Below are positions 25,220 through 32,000 of a stretch of 32,000 nt of DNA, in pieces (within the stretch, counting starts at the first letter, position 1; every line of letters begins with the position of its first letter). The DNA comes from Candidatus Fokinia solitaria (GTDB taxonomy: Bacteria > Pseudomonadota > Alphaproteobacteria > Rickettsiales > Midichloriaceae). A program made the position numbers and the translations under genes. The notes beneath the pieces were generated by a model. It was not told the origin of the DNA, made no database searches, and saw only the letters and a list, made by a program, of their open reading frames with translations. The stretch covers positions 720,001 through 752,000 of the forward strand of contig NZ_CP025989.1 of assembly GCF_003072485.1 (NCBI RefSeq), read 5' to 3'.

Positions 25220-26380
25220 CTATTGAACTAAGAAAGAAATTATGTGATTGAGAAGTCTGAATTTATCTCGCGGCACTCCGATGCAGCACATCTCTTCATC
25301 ATACCAAAGCATATTATCATTGCATAGACTTTGTACTTTTGAGAAATCTAAATTTTGCATCATCACATCGTCAATTTTGATGCCTGCTTCTAATCTTAAC
25401 CCCATAAGCAACTTTTCCACAAAAACTGCCTTTTCATCAAGAAACTCCACAGTACTAATAGCGCTATCATTCTGCTTTATTTTTAAAAGCCATTTTTCAT
25501 AATGATATTCATCAACTATAGCAACAGAATGACAGGTATTGTGAGAATTCGTTAATAACTCATATGATTGCGATCTGAGTCTACTATGCGCGCCTGGACC
25601 TATGCCAATATATTCTTCATATTTCCAATATGATAAATTATGCGCACTTTCATAAGTTTTTTTCGCGTAATTCGAAATCTCATATCTACATAAGCCGTAA
25701 CTATCTAAGATTTCACCCGTAGCATCATATAGCTGCAATGCTATTTCATCATCAATTTCTCGCAATAAGCCTCGCTTTTTTAAATTACCGAACTTCGTCT
25801 TTGGCTCTATCGTAAGCTGATAAACGGAAATATGAGGAGGATTATATCTCATTACCACCTCAAGCTCCTGCTTCCACTCTTCAACAGTCTGACCATCTGT
25901 ACCGGATATCAGATCAAATGAGTAGTTATTAAAAATAGAAGATACAGCATTCATTGAATGAATTGCATTCTCAGCAGAATGATCTCGACCTAGAAACTGC
26001 AATCTCTCTTGTTGAACACTCTGTATACCGACAGAGACTCGATTTACTCCACAATTCTTTAAATCTAATAATTTCTGAGATGTTATATCACGTGGATTCA
26101 TTTCTATCGTAACTTCAAATGGCATTTGCTGAAAGCTACTCACAAAGCGCACTATATCTTCTATTACCGTAATAGGCGCTAGCGAAGGCGTACCGCCTCC
26201 GATGAACAAAGTCGATACTCCATGCTTTTGCAACAGCGGCTTGTAAAATGATAAGCATTTTATATACGCATCACTCCACTCTCGAGAGTCTGCTACTTTT
26301 TTGACAACGTACGTATTGAAATCGCAGTACGGGCATTTCTTGCCGCAAAACGGCCAGTGTATATATATGGAGAGAGACAG
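25220..26380 (-). CDS. hemW: Radical SAM heme chaperone HemW / oxygen-independent coproporphyrinogen-III oxidase-like protein (start codon uncertain)
   Basis: The track ORF starts at TTG 26233 (337 aa) and contains GGGTPS and a HemN_C-like C-terminus. The same frame stays open upstream to the stop at 26431-26429. That upstream stretch encodes LSLSIYIHWPFCGKKCPYCDFN, the essential CxxxCxxC radical-SAM cluster motif. The real start must therefore lie upstream of 26233. I placed it provisionally at CTG 26380-26378. Confidence 0.85.
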   Translation of the reverse strand: MSLSIYIHWPFCGKKCPYCDFNTYVVKKVADSREWSDAYIKCLSFYKPLLQKHGVSTLFIGGGTPSLAPITVIEDIVRFVSSFQQMPFEVTIEMNPRDITSQKLLDLKNCGVNRVSVGIQSVQQERLQFLGRDHSAENAIHSMNAVSSIFNNYSFDLISGTDGQTVEEWKQELEVVMRYNPPHISVYQLTIEPKTKFGNLKKRGLLREIDDEIALQLYDATGEILDSYGLCRYEISNYAKKTYESAHNLSYWKYEEYIGIGPGAHSRLRSQSYELLTNSHNTCHSVAIVDEYHYEKWLLKIKQNDSAISTVEFLDEKAVFVEKLLMGLRLEAGIKIDDVMMQNLDFSKVQSLCNDNMLWYDEEMCCIGVPRDKFRLLNHIISFLVQ

Positions 26381-26385
26381 CGAAG

Positions 26386-26676
26386 CTACGCGTAAGTTTG
26401 TAAATTTTTCTTTACGTAATGAGTGATGTTACTCACCATTCTAGAAGCAGTATTTAGTTTCAGCACGCCTTTCGATTTCGCTTTCATGATTTCGGACTCT
26501 ACGGTACGTAACAGAACAAAGACTTCGTCCTTCGGCGAATCATTACGCACTACGTCAGTGACCTTCTTCCGCAAACTTGAAATGAAAGTCTTAACCCTAC
26601 TTTTAACCGCTCTATTTCTCTTATATCGTTCCAGTGAGCGCGCACGCGCTTTAACTGCAGAAATATGTTGTGCCAT
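26386..26676 (-). CDS. rpsT: 30S ribosomal protein S20
   Basis: MAQHISAVKARARSLERYKRNRAVKSRVKTFISSLRKKV has the characteristic basic S20 N-terminus. The track ORF extends to 26712, but Met13 (ATG at 26676) matches the canonical S20 start. Confidence 0.9.
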   Translation of the reverse strand: MAQHISAVKARARSLERYKRNRAVKSRVKTFISSLRKKVTDVVRNDSPKDEVFVLLRTVESEIMKAKSKGVLKLNTASRMVSNITHYVKKNLQTYA

Positions 26677-26754
26677 AGGTATTGTTATCGTTTGCACCAA
26701 GTAGTAACACAAAAATATCGCTGTATCAATATCAATTGCGCACTCTTATCACAA

Positions 26755-27378
26755 TTATCCCTTCGTAGCTTTTTCATCTCCAGGTAATACTACATCCTTC
26801 CATGGATTTTCTGAATCAAAATTCCTATATGCCTGATCTAATACTATAGGTTTTTTCACAACTGTGCCTGTATTAGGTTCGAAACATGCATCATGATATC
26901 CACTCAAAGGAAAATCTTTTCTTAGAGGATGATGAGTAAAGTCGCTCTCATTTAATATTCTCTTAAGATTAGGATGCGATAGAAACTTAATACCAAACAT
27001 GTCATACACTTCTCTTTCGTACCAATCCGATGATCGGTATATTTGATACACTGAAGGTATCGCCTCATCTTGAGAAATAGGCAAGTGCACTCTTAAACGC
27101 CAATTATTAGTAACGCTTAGAAGATGATATACGACTTCAAATCTCTTCTCTCTGTCCGGATAATCCACAGCACAGACATCTAAGAGCATTTCAAATGATA
27201 AAATCTCGTCATTCTTTAAAAAATTCAAAAATTGCACAATGTGAGTGCATGAATGTAGTGTCGCATAACTCTCTTTCAAAGGAGAATTGTGCTGAAATTC
27301 GCATAAAGAAAGAACATCATCTTGTACTATTGCTTTATACTTCACAAGCAGTGAGTATAATTCGCTTTGACGAGTCAT
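26755..27378 (-). CDS. nuoC: NADH-quinone oxidoreductase subunit C
   Basis: 207-aa ORF. Recognisable complex I 30-kDa subunit motifs are DYPDREKRFEVVYHLLS, WYEREVYDMFGIKFLSHPNLKRIL and HPLRKDFPLSGY. Confidence 0.9.
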   Translation of the reverse strand: MTRQSELYSLLVKYKAIVQDDVLSLCEFQHNSPLKESYATLHSCTHIVQFLNFLKNDEILSFEMLLDVCAVDYPDREKRFEVVYHLLSVTNNWRLRVHLPISQDEAIPSVYQIYRSSDWYEREVYDMFGIKFLSHPNLKRILNESDFTHHPLRKDFPLSGYHDACFEPNTGTVVKKPIVLDQAYRNFDSENPWKDVVLPGDEKATKG

Positions 27379-27389
27379 AAAAGTAATAT

Positions 27390-27587
27390 TAAGACGTGGG
27401 GAATTCTGTTGCTCGGCTCCCCAAAACCGCCGGTTCAGAGAAAACTGTTATGCAAAAGCAGTTTGTAGTCTCTCTTCTCCATGCATTACGTTGTCGTTTG
27501 CATTTATTTTTACGATCAATTTTACAGCTGCATCACGCTGAGTAAAAGCTGCACCCTTTGAATATATGTCGAATCTATTTCACCCCC
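27390..27587 (-). ncRNA. ssrA: tmRNA (ssrA) coding piece with tag reading frame ANDNVMHGEERLQTAFA* (3' boundary approximate)
   Basis: The minus strand from 27587 reads GGGGGUGAAAUAGAUUCGACAUAUAUUC..., containing the conserved tmRNA 5' GAUUCGAC element. Next comes ...CGUAAAAAUAAAU followed by GCA AAC GAC AAC GUA AUG CAU GGA GAA GAG AGA CUA CAA ACU GCU UUU GCA UAA. The resume codon is at 27501-27499 and the stop at 27450-27448. A GGGGA...UCCCC hairpin follows at about 27395-27420. Confidence 0.8.
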
Positions 27588-27591
27588 TCTT

Positions 27592-27685
27592 TGGTGGAGA
27601 TGTCGAGTTCTGCCCTCGAGTCCATTATATTTATTACGGAGAGTATTTATTACCATAGACTGACTTGCGTCGATCGCTTTTATGG
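27592..27685 (-). ncRNA. ssrA: tmRNA (ssrA) acceptor piece of a circularly permuted two-piece tmRNA (5' boundary approximate)
   Basis: The minus strand reads ...GGAC-TCGAG-GGCAGAA-CTCGA-CATCTCC-A-CCA, ending at 27592. This is a T-arm-like hairpin directly abutting a 7-nt acceptor 3' strand, a discriminator A and an encoded CCA. The strand pairs with GGGGGUG four nt downstream, giving G1-C72, G2-C71 and the Ala-identity G3:U70. Confidence 0.75.
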
Positions 27686-28169
27686 TATCATCATTAAAAT
27701 AGCTAGTAAAGTACTACATTTACCTCACGCCAAGATAAAATATACCAGCCATCGCACGCGCGCGCGGAAACGTTGAGACAGTTACTATATAATACAGTAC
27801 GAAAGATCTTATAGAGTAAGACATAGCCAACAAGAAAGAAAAAGAGAAACATTAAGTCGTGCATGCTTAACAAAAAAGACAAGAAAATTTTACTCACCTT
27901 CAAGATAACCATCTCTCTACAGCTTACAAATAATCCGTTAATACGATCTTGGCACTCTACTACCACATACTATATTTCTCCGCGAAATTCGTTAATTCTG
28001 CGCTTCTCCTTCCAAAAAAGAACAGATAAAAATTAATCAAATTCTATCAATGCATTTAATCTTTCGACGTACTTTACCTTCTATTTCACTCAGAAAGTAA
28101 GAGTAAGGTTCTTTTCATCTATCACTTTAACTTTTTTAAGTGAAATAGATGGTAAAATGCTGCTAATAC

Positions 28170-28868
28170 TTGAATTTAAATAACGTAAAATTTACTCTAC
28201 CTACAATCATAGATAATAAATTTAAACTTCTTACGATGCATGAGGTAGAATCGATGCTACAAGCAGGTACAGATATCGTCTTGCATTCATGTTGCGCACC
28301 ATGCTCTGGAGAGGTGATCAGAAAAATGAAAGATGCTGGACTTAACATCACAATTTTCTTCTATAATCCTAACATACATCCGAAAGCAGAATATGAAATA
28401 CGTAAATCCGAAAACATAAGATATGCAGAAAAGCTCGGAATAGATTTCGTTGATGGAGATTATAACGTTCAAGACTGGTTCGCAAATGCAAAAGGATTAG
28501 AAAAAGAACCGGAAAGAGGCATAAGATGCACAATGTGCTTCGATATGCGCTTTGAAATAACGGCAAAATTTGCTAAGCAAAGAGGTGTGAATATATTCAC
28601 CAGCTCACTAGGAATATCGAGATGGAAAGATATGAGTCAAATCAATAACTGCGGTATCGCAGCTGCCAAAAAGCACAACGTACAGTATTGGACGTATAAT
28701 TGGAGATTGGACGGAGGCAGTGAAAGAATGTACAAAATAGCTAAATCAGAAGGATTCTATAAACAGGAGTATTGCGGATGTATATTTTCTTTGAGGGATA
28801 GCAATGAGTGGAGAGTAAAAAAAGGCAGAAAGCCAATCACTATATGCAAGGAATTTTATGAAGAATGA
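28170..28868 (+). CDS. queH: Epoxyqueuosine reductase QueH (DUF208 family)
   Basis: 232-aa ORF with [24 protein letters not shown] and a C-terminal EYCGC motif, all characteristic of QueH. The track start is TTG 28170. ATG at 28236 (MHEVESM...) is an alternative. Confidence 0.85.
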   Translation: MNLNNVKFTLPTIIDNKFKLLTMHEVESMLQAGTDIVLHSCCAPCSGEVIRKMKDAGLNITIFFYNPNIHPKAEYEIRKSENIRYAEKLGIDFVDGDYNVQDWFANAKGLEKEPERGIRCTMCFDMRFEITAKFAKQRGVNIFTSSLGISRWKDMSQINNCGIAAAKKHNVQYWTYNWRLDGGSERMYKIAKSEGFYKQEYCGCIFSLRDSNEWRVKKGRKPITICKEFYEE

Positions 28869-29040
28869 AAAAAACATCGTACCATTCAGCGCGAAGCAGT
28901 AATACGAAAAGAACTAGTGATAATTGAAAAATACTACAATTCACAAAATTAGCATGTATTTTACTTCTCTATAGACATGGCTGCTGCCAGTTAGCTACTA
29001 TCGCAACTATCAAATAAGCATACAAATTTTTTACACTAAA

Positions 29041-29481
29041 ATGCAGCGAAGATCAGGATATCACTCTCTAAAGTTCATTTTAGTTACAGTCGTTGCTTTC
29101 TGTTGCTGCTGTTGCGATAACAACGATAATCAATATGGCAAATATGATAATCACAATAGCTTAAACAAACGCTCTTTTTCACTAATAAATGAGATATTAG
29201 CACTTTTTGGTGACAATGAAGCACGGTTAAAAACAGAATATTACACTGTCTTCTATTGGGAAAGGCTTTGGGAAAAGGATGAAAATTCAAATAGCATAAA
29301 ATTTGTAGGCATCGCAAAAGGGCTTTTGGCATGTAGAAATTTAGCAAAGCGATATGCGGGAGATATCAAAGAAGATTGGTGCTGGAGGTCATATTGCTGC
29401 AAAAGTACTGATGGTGGCGTTTATCGCTATGAAGATTATTTTGAAGAAACAGACTTTGGTAACTGCTGGTGGCTCCGATAG
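29041..29481 (+). CDS. Small hypothetical Cys/Trp-rich protein with an N-terminal hydrophobic segment ending in a CCCCC run (possible lipoprotein or secreted protein)
   Basis: 146-aa track ORF. The N-terminus is MQRRSGYHSLKFILVTVVAFCCCCCDNNDN and the C-terminus is CWRSYCCKSTDGGVYRYEDYFEETDFGNCWWLR. I recognise no family. The coding call rests on ORF length, the signal-like N-terminus and its location in an otherwise empty 700-bp gap. Confidence 0.4.
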   Translation: MQRRSGYHSLKFILVTVVAFCCCCCDNNDNQYGKYDNHNSLNKRSFSLINEILALFGDNEARLKTEYYTVFYWERLWEKDENSNSIKFVGIAKGLLACRNLAKRYAGDIKEDWCWRSYCCKSTDGGVYRYEDYFEETDFGNCWWLR

Positions 29482-29581
29482 TAATCAATTCCATAGATAC
29501 ATCGCGAAAGAATCATGAAAGAGTAAAAATCTACCGCTTTATTTCAATAATCCTACAGAATTGTTCTTCTCTGCAAAACGG

Positions 29582-29667
29582 TGGTGCCTAGGAGAGGACT
29601 CGAACCTCCATGACCGTAAAGTCATCGGCACCTGAAGCCGACGCGTATACCATTCCGCCACCTAGGC
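29582..29667 (-). tRNA. tRNA-Leu (anticodon CAG), class II with long variable arm, CCA encoded
   Basis: The minus strand reads GCCTAGG-TG-GCG-GAATGGTATA-CGC-G-TCGGC-TTCAGGT-GCCGA-TGACTTTACGGTCATG-GAGG-TTCGAGT-CCTC-T-CCTAGGC-A-CCA. It has a 7-bp acceptor stem, a 5-bp anticodon stem, a 7-nt loop with CAG at positions 34-36 and a canonical TTCGAGT T-loop. Confidence 0.93.
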
Positions 29668-29760
29668 ATTTCGACTAATTGCATTAATCGACTTTTCGTT
29701 GTAAACTATACTACGTATATTTTCTCACATGACAAGCGGAATAAAAATTTACTCGAGGTA

Positions 29761-31137
29761 ATGCTGAAGACTAATCATGGAAATAGCGCTTTTTATGGAA
29801 TATTGCTTTCCGTAACGCTTGCAATTTGCGTATCGATCGCACTGATGTGTGAACAGGTCAATACTGCAGATCGCGCAGTTCAGCAGCCTAGTCATGTGAA
29901 TACAGAGTTACAGTCTGTTAGTACGAGAGTCAATCTATATAAACTTGGCGACGATCGTCACTTAGCAAACATCTTTCAAACTTTAGGAATATCGCATGAT
30001 TCGTCTCAAAAGTTGGAAAATGATATTTTCAAAAAATACAAAAAAACAAAATTCAAGATAAATAGCAGCATACTGGTACAACAGCATGATTACGATAATA
30101 GCGGCACAAAGCTCTTAGAGGTAAAAAACGGGAAGGATCAAATCTGCGCAATGTTCAATGAAAAGCAGCAGATACATGTCGTGAAACACTTCAAAAACGT
30201 CAAAGCGACTTGTAAATTGCATAAAGACTTCCTCCTTCATGAATTTTCTAAAGTTGCAAAAAAAAGAAGACTACCTAAAGAATCGTCAATTTTCTTAGTA
30301 AATTGCAAATTAGATGGAAAATTACCATTTTCTCAGAATCTCAAAAAAAGCGGACTTTCTGATAAAGTAGTATATCATTGCAATAGTCTTATAAAGAATA
30401 TCGGATGTACAAAGAAGCTCCAAGGAGATTTCAAAGTGGCGTACTCTTATGCAAATAATGGCTCTCCTACGATCTTGTATATCTCTCTCCAAAAACATCT
30501 TAATAAACCTCCGATTGAAGCCTTCTTTTATAAGACTAGCACTCAAAGCGGATACTTCTTTAAAAATGGGGCATTGATCAATAAATCATCTCAAGCACGA
30601 AGTACGTTTATATCTCCAGTAAAAGGTAAAATAACATCTTCTTATGGACGGAGAAAACATCCGATTTTTGGCACATATCGCATGCATCGAGGCGTAGATT
30701 ATGGCGCACCACGAGGCACTTTAGTAGTTGCGTCAAATCATGGTACTATAGCAGAATGCTCATATAATAGCGGCTTAGGTAGATATGTCAGAATACAACA
30801 CGATAATGGATATTCCACGGTATATGCTCATCTATCACAGTTCAGTTCTGGTATAGCAGTTGGGAAAAAAGTATCTCAAAAACAAGTAATAGGATATGTT
30901 GGTAGTACTGGCACTTCTACTGGCTCTCACTTACATTTTGAAGTACGAAAAGGCAGAACTGCAATGAATCCACAGCTCGTATGTGGTAGTGCTACACATG
31001 GTATTGCAAAACAAACTAAAAACATACTGACAGCAGATTTTAAGTTGCATATGCATAATATTAAGAAATTGTTCTCAGCGCAACAAATGCCACATATTCA
31101 AACTGCACTTATATCACTGCCATATACGTTTTGGTAA
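29761..31137 (+). CDS. M23 family metallopeptidase (LytM/NlpD-like peptidoglycan endopeptidase) with N-terminal membrane anchor
   Basis: 458-aa ORF. It has an N-terminal transmembrane segment (AFYGILLSVTLAICVSIALM). The C-terminal M23 motifs are HRGVDYGAPRGT, GYSTVYAHLS and GSTGTSTGSHLHFEV. Confidence 0.9.
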   Translation: MLKTNHGNSAFYGILLSVTLAICVSIALMCEQVNTADRAVQQPSHVNTELQSVSTRVNLYKLGDDRHLANIFQTLGISHDSSQKLENDIFKKYKKTKFKINSSILVQQHDYDNSGTKLLEVKNGKDQICAMFNEKQQIHVVKHFKNVKATCKLHKDFLLHEFSKVAKKRRLPKESSIFLVNCKLDGKLPFSQNLKKSGLSDKVVYHCNSLIKNIGCTKKLQGDFKVAYSYANNGSPTILYISLQKHLNKPPIEAFFYKTSTQSGYFFKNGALINKSSQARSTFISPVKGKITSSYGRRKHPIFGTYRMHRGVDYGAPRGTLVVASNHGTIAECSYNSGLGRYVRIQHDNGYSTVYAHLSQFSSGIAVGKKVSQKQVIGYVGSTGTSTGSHLHFEVRKGRTAMNPQLVCGSATHGIAKQTKNILTADFKLHMHNIKKLFSAQQMPHIQTALISLPYTFW

Positions 31138-31164
31138 TGGCATTGGCAACTTATTGAATCTCTC

Positions 31165-32000
31165 ATGAAAGATTTTGATGTAATAATAGTCGGCGCAGGA
31201 CATGCTGGAATTGAAGCTGCTGCCGCTGCTGCAAGAAGAGGATGTAATGTATGTTTGATTACAAAATCTAATGCTAATCTTGGAGAGTTATCATGTAATC
31301 CATCAATAGGAGGAGTTGGTAAAGGCACTATCGTTAGAGAAATTGACGCATTAGATGGAATAATGTCTCAAGTTGCTGATATGAGTAGCATACATTTCAA
31401 AGTACTGAATTCTAGCAAAGGCCCTGCAGTATGGGGATATAGAGCGCAAATAGATAGAGAGGCGTACAAAAAGCACATGTCGTACGTGCTTTCTCAGTAT
31501 TATAATATCACAGCAATATTTGGAGAAGTAACAGATATTCTACTTGATAATCACTTAAATACAGTACAAGGCGTATCTGTTATTGAAGCAGATTCTTCCA
31601 ATCGTCATCAAATATTATCTAAGAGTATAGTAATTACCACCGGCACTTTCTTAAACGGAAAAATGTACATCGGTAACTCCATCTCAGCAGGAGGGCGGTA
31701 CGGGGAAAATGCTTCGGTAGAATTATCACAGTTATTTAAGAAGCTTAAATTTTCGACTGGTAGACTCAAAACAGGTACACCTGCACGAATAGTTAAAAAT
31801 TCAATTAACTATAAAGATCTTGAAGAACAGCATGGTGATATAACGCCACGAAAGTTTTCGACAAAAACGCTTCCATTCTCACAACAACAAATTAGTTGTT
31901 TTATTACTTATACAAATAATCTCACTCATGACATTATTAAGGAAAATATTCACAAATCTCCTATATATTCTAACCTCATACAATCGACAGGGCCTCGATA
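31165..32000 (+). CDS. mnmG: tRNA uridine 5-carboxymethylaminomethyl modification enzyme MnmG (GidA), 5' part, continues past the window
   Basis: The ATG at 31165 opens MKDFDVIIVGAGHAGIEAAAAAARRGCNVCLITKSNANLGELSCNPSIGGVGKGTIVREIDALDG. This carries the FAD-binding GxGxxG and the conserved MnmG motifs SCNPSIGG and REIDALDG. It is absent from the ORF track because there is no in-window stop. Confidence 0.95.
   Translation, partial: MKDFDVIIVGAGHAGIEAAAAAARRGCNVCLITKSNANLGELSCNPSIGGVGKGTIVREIDALDGIMSQVADMSSIHFKVLNSSKGPAVWGYRAQIDREAYKKHMSYVLSQYYNITAIFGEVTDILLDNHLNTVQGVSVIEADSSNRHQILSKSIVITTGTFLNGKMYIGNSISAGGRYGENASVELSQLFKKLKFSTGRLKTGTPARIVKNSINYKDLEEQHGDITPRKFSTKTLPFSQQQISCFITYTNNLTHDIIKENIHKSPIYSNLIQSTGPR

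Noticed and set aside
27558-27966. Track ORFs 27558..27776 (+, 72 aa) and 27703..27966 (-, 87 aa) in the nuoC-queH gap
   Set aside because: The first overlaps the tmRNA acceptor and coding pieces on the opposite strand. The second has no recognisable motif, overlaps the likely ssrA promoter region, and starts in a region with no ribosome-binding signal. The region is better explained as ssrA plus non-coding spacer. I cannot fully exclude a small membrane peptide for the second.
29482-29760. tRNA-Leu as an integration site for a genomic island
   Set aside because: No integrase, no direct repeat of the tRNA 3' end, and no phage or transposon genes were found on either side. The flanking genes (M23 peptidase, small orphan ORF) show no obvious compositional break by eye.
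14887-31328. Many short track ORFs overlapping well-supported genes on the opposite strand or in another frame (for example 14887..15198, 16734..16952, 17354..17630, 18639..18965, 19434..20077, 21604..21843, 21740..22045, 22540..23103, 24306..25251, 25248..25502, 26423..26704, 28163..28566, 29084..29347, 30322..30546, 31098..31328), plus the intergenic 16000..16224
   Set aside because: Apart from 16000..16224, each is embedded in a longer ORF with clear family motifs (desaturase, dnaX, comM, miaB, GH108, gap, alr, exbD, hemW, rpsT, queH, M23, mnmG). The exception is 29084..29347, which overlaps only the low-confidence orphan ORF at 29041..29481. ORF 16000..16224 lies mostly in the desaturase-dnaX spacer and runs 50 nt into the dnaX 3' end. 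None has motifs of its own, and they are treated as shadow ORFs.
27380-32000. Replication origin near mnmG (gidA) at the strand-switch region
   Set aside because: I found no cluster of DnaA boxes (TTATCCACA or close variants) in 27780-28170 or upstream of mnmG. The only near match (tgtggatta, about 27160) is inside nuoC. dnaA/dnaN are absent from the window. Gene-orientation switches alone are weak evidence.

Overview
AT-rich, gene-dense bacterial chromosome segment with alphaproteobacterial hallmarks: a circularly permuted two-piece ssrA with an ANDN... tag, detached nuoC and exbD/tolR genes, and a reduced-genome housekeeping set. This fits a Rickettsiales/Holosporales-like intracellular bacterium, but no species can be assigned from sequence alone. 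The main feature is missing from the supplied ORF track. Positions 14356 down to 1 form one uninterrupted minus-strand reading frame of more than 4,785 codons that is still open at the left window edge. The track appears to drop ORFs with no in-window stop, since mnmG at the right edge is also missing. The giant protein has no obvious N-terminal signal peptide. After a roughly 150-aa N-terminal domain comes a very acidic Glu-rich region with 2.27 sequence-identical copies of a 324-bp (108-aa) repeat flanked by older diverged copies. About 12 kb of E/K/L/Q-rich, probably coiled-coil sequence follows, interrupted by one basic Cys-containing island. It is best treated as a candidate giant secreted effector or surface protein of unknown function. 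The rest of the window is mostly housekeeping: delta-9-type fatty-acid desaturase with a long C-terminal extension, dnaX, a tandem-duplicated YerC/TrpR-like regulator, comM/yifB, miaB, a GH108 lysozyme-like lipoprotein, gap, alr, exbD/tolR, hemW, rpsT, nuoC, ssrA, queH, a small poly-Cys protein, tRNA-Leu(CAG), an M23 peptidase and the 5' part of mnmG. No transposase, integrase, CRISPR array or rRNA was seen. All product calls rest on motifs I recognise by eye; no database search was possible.
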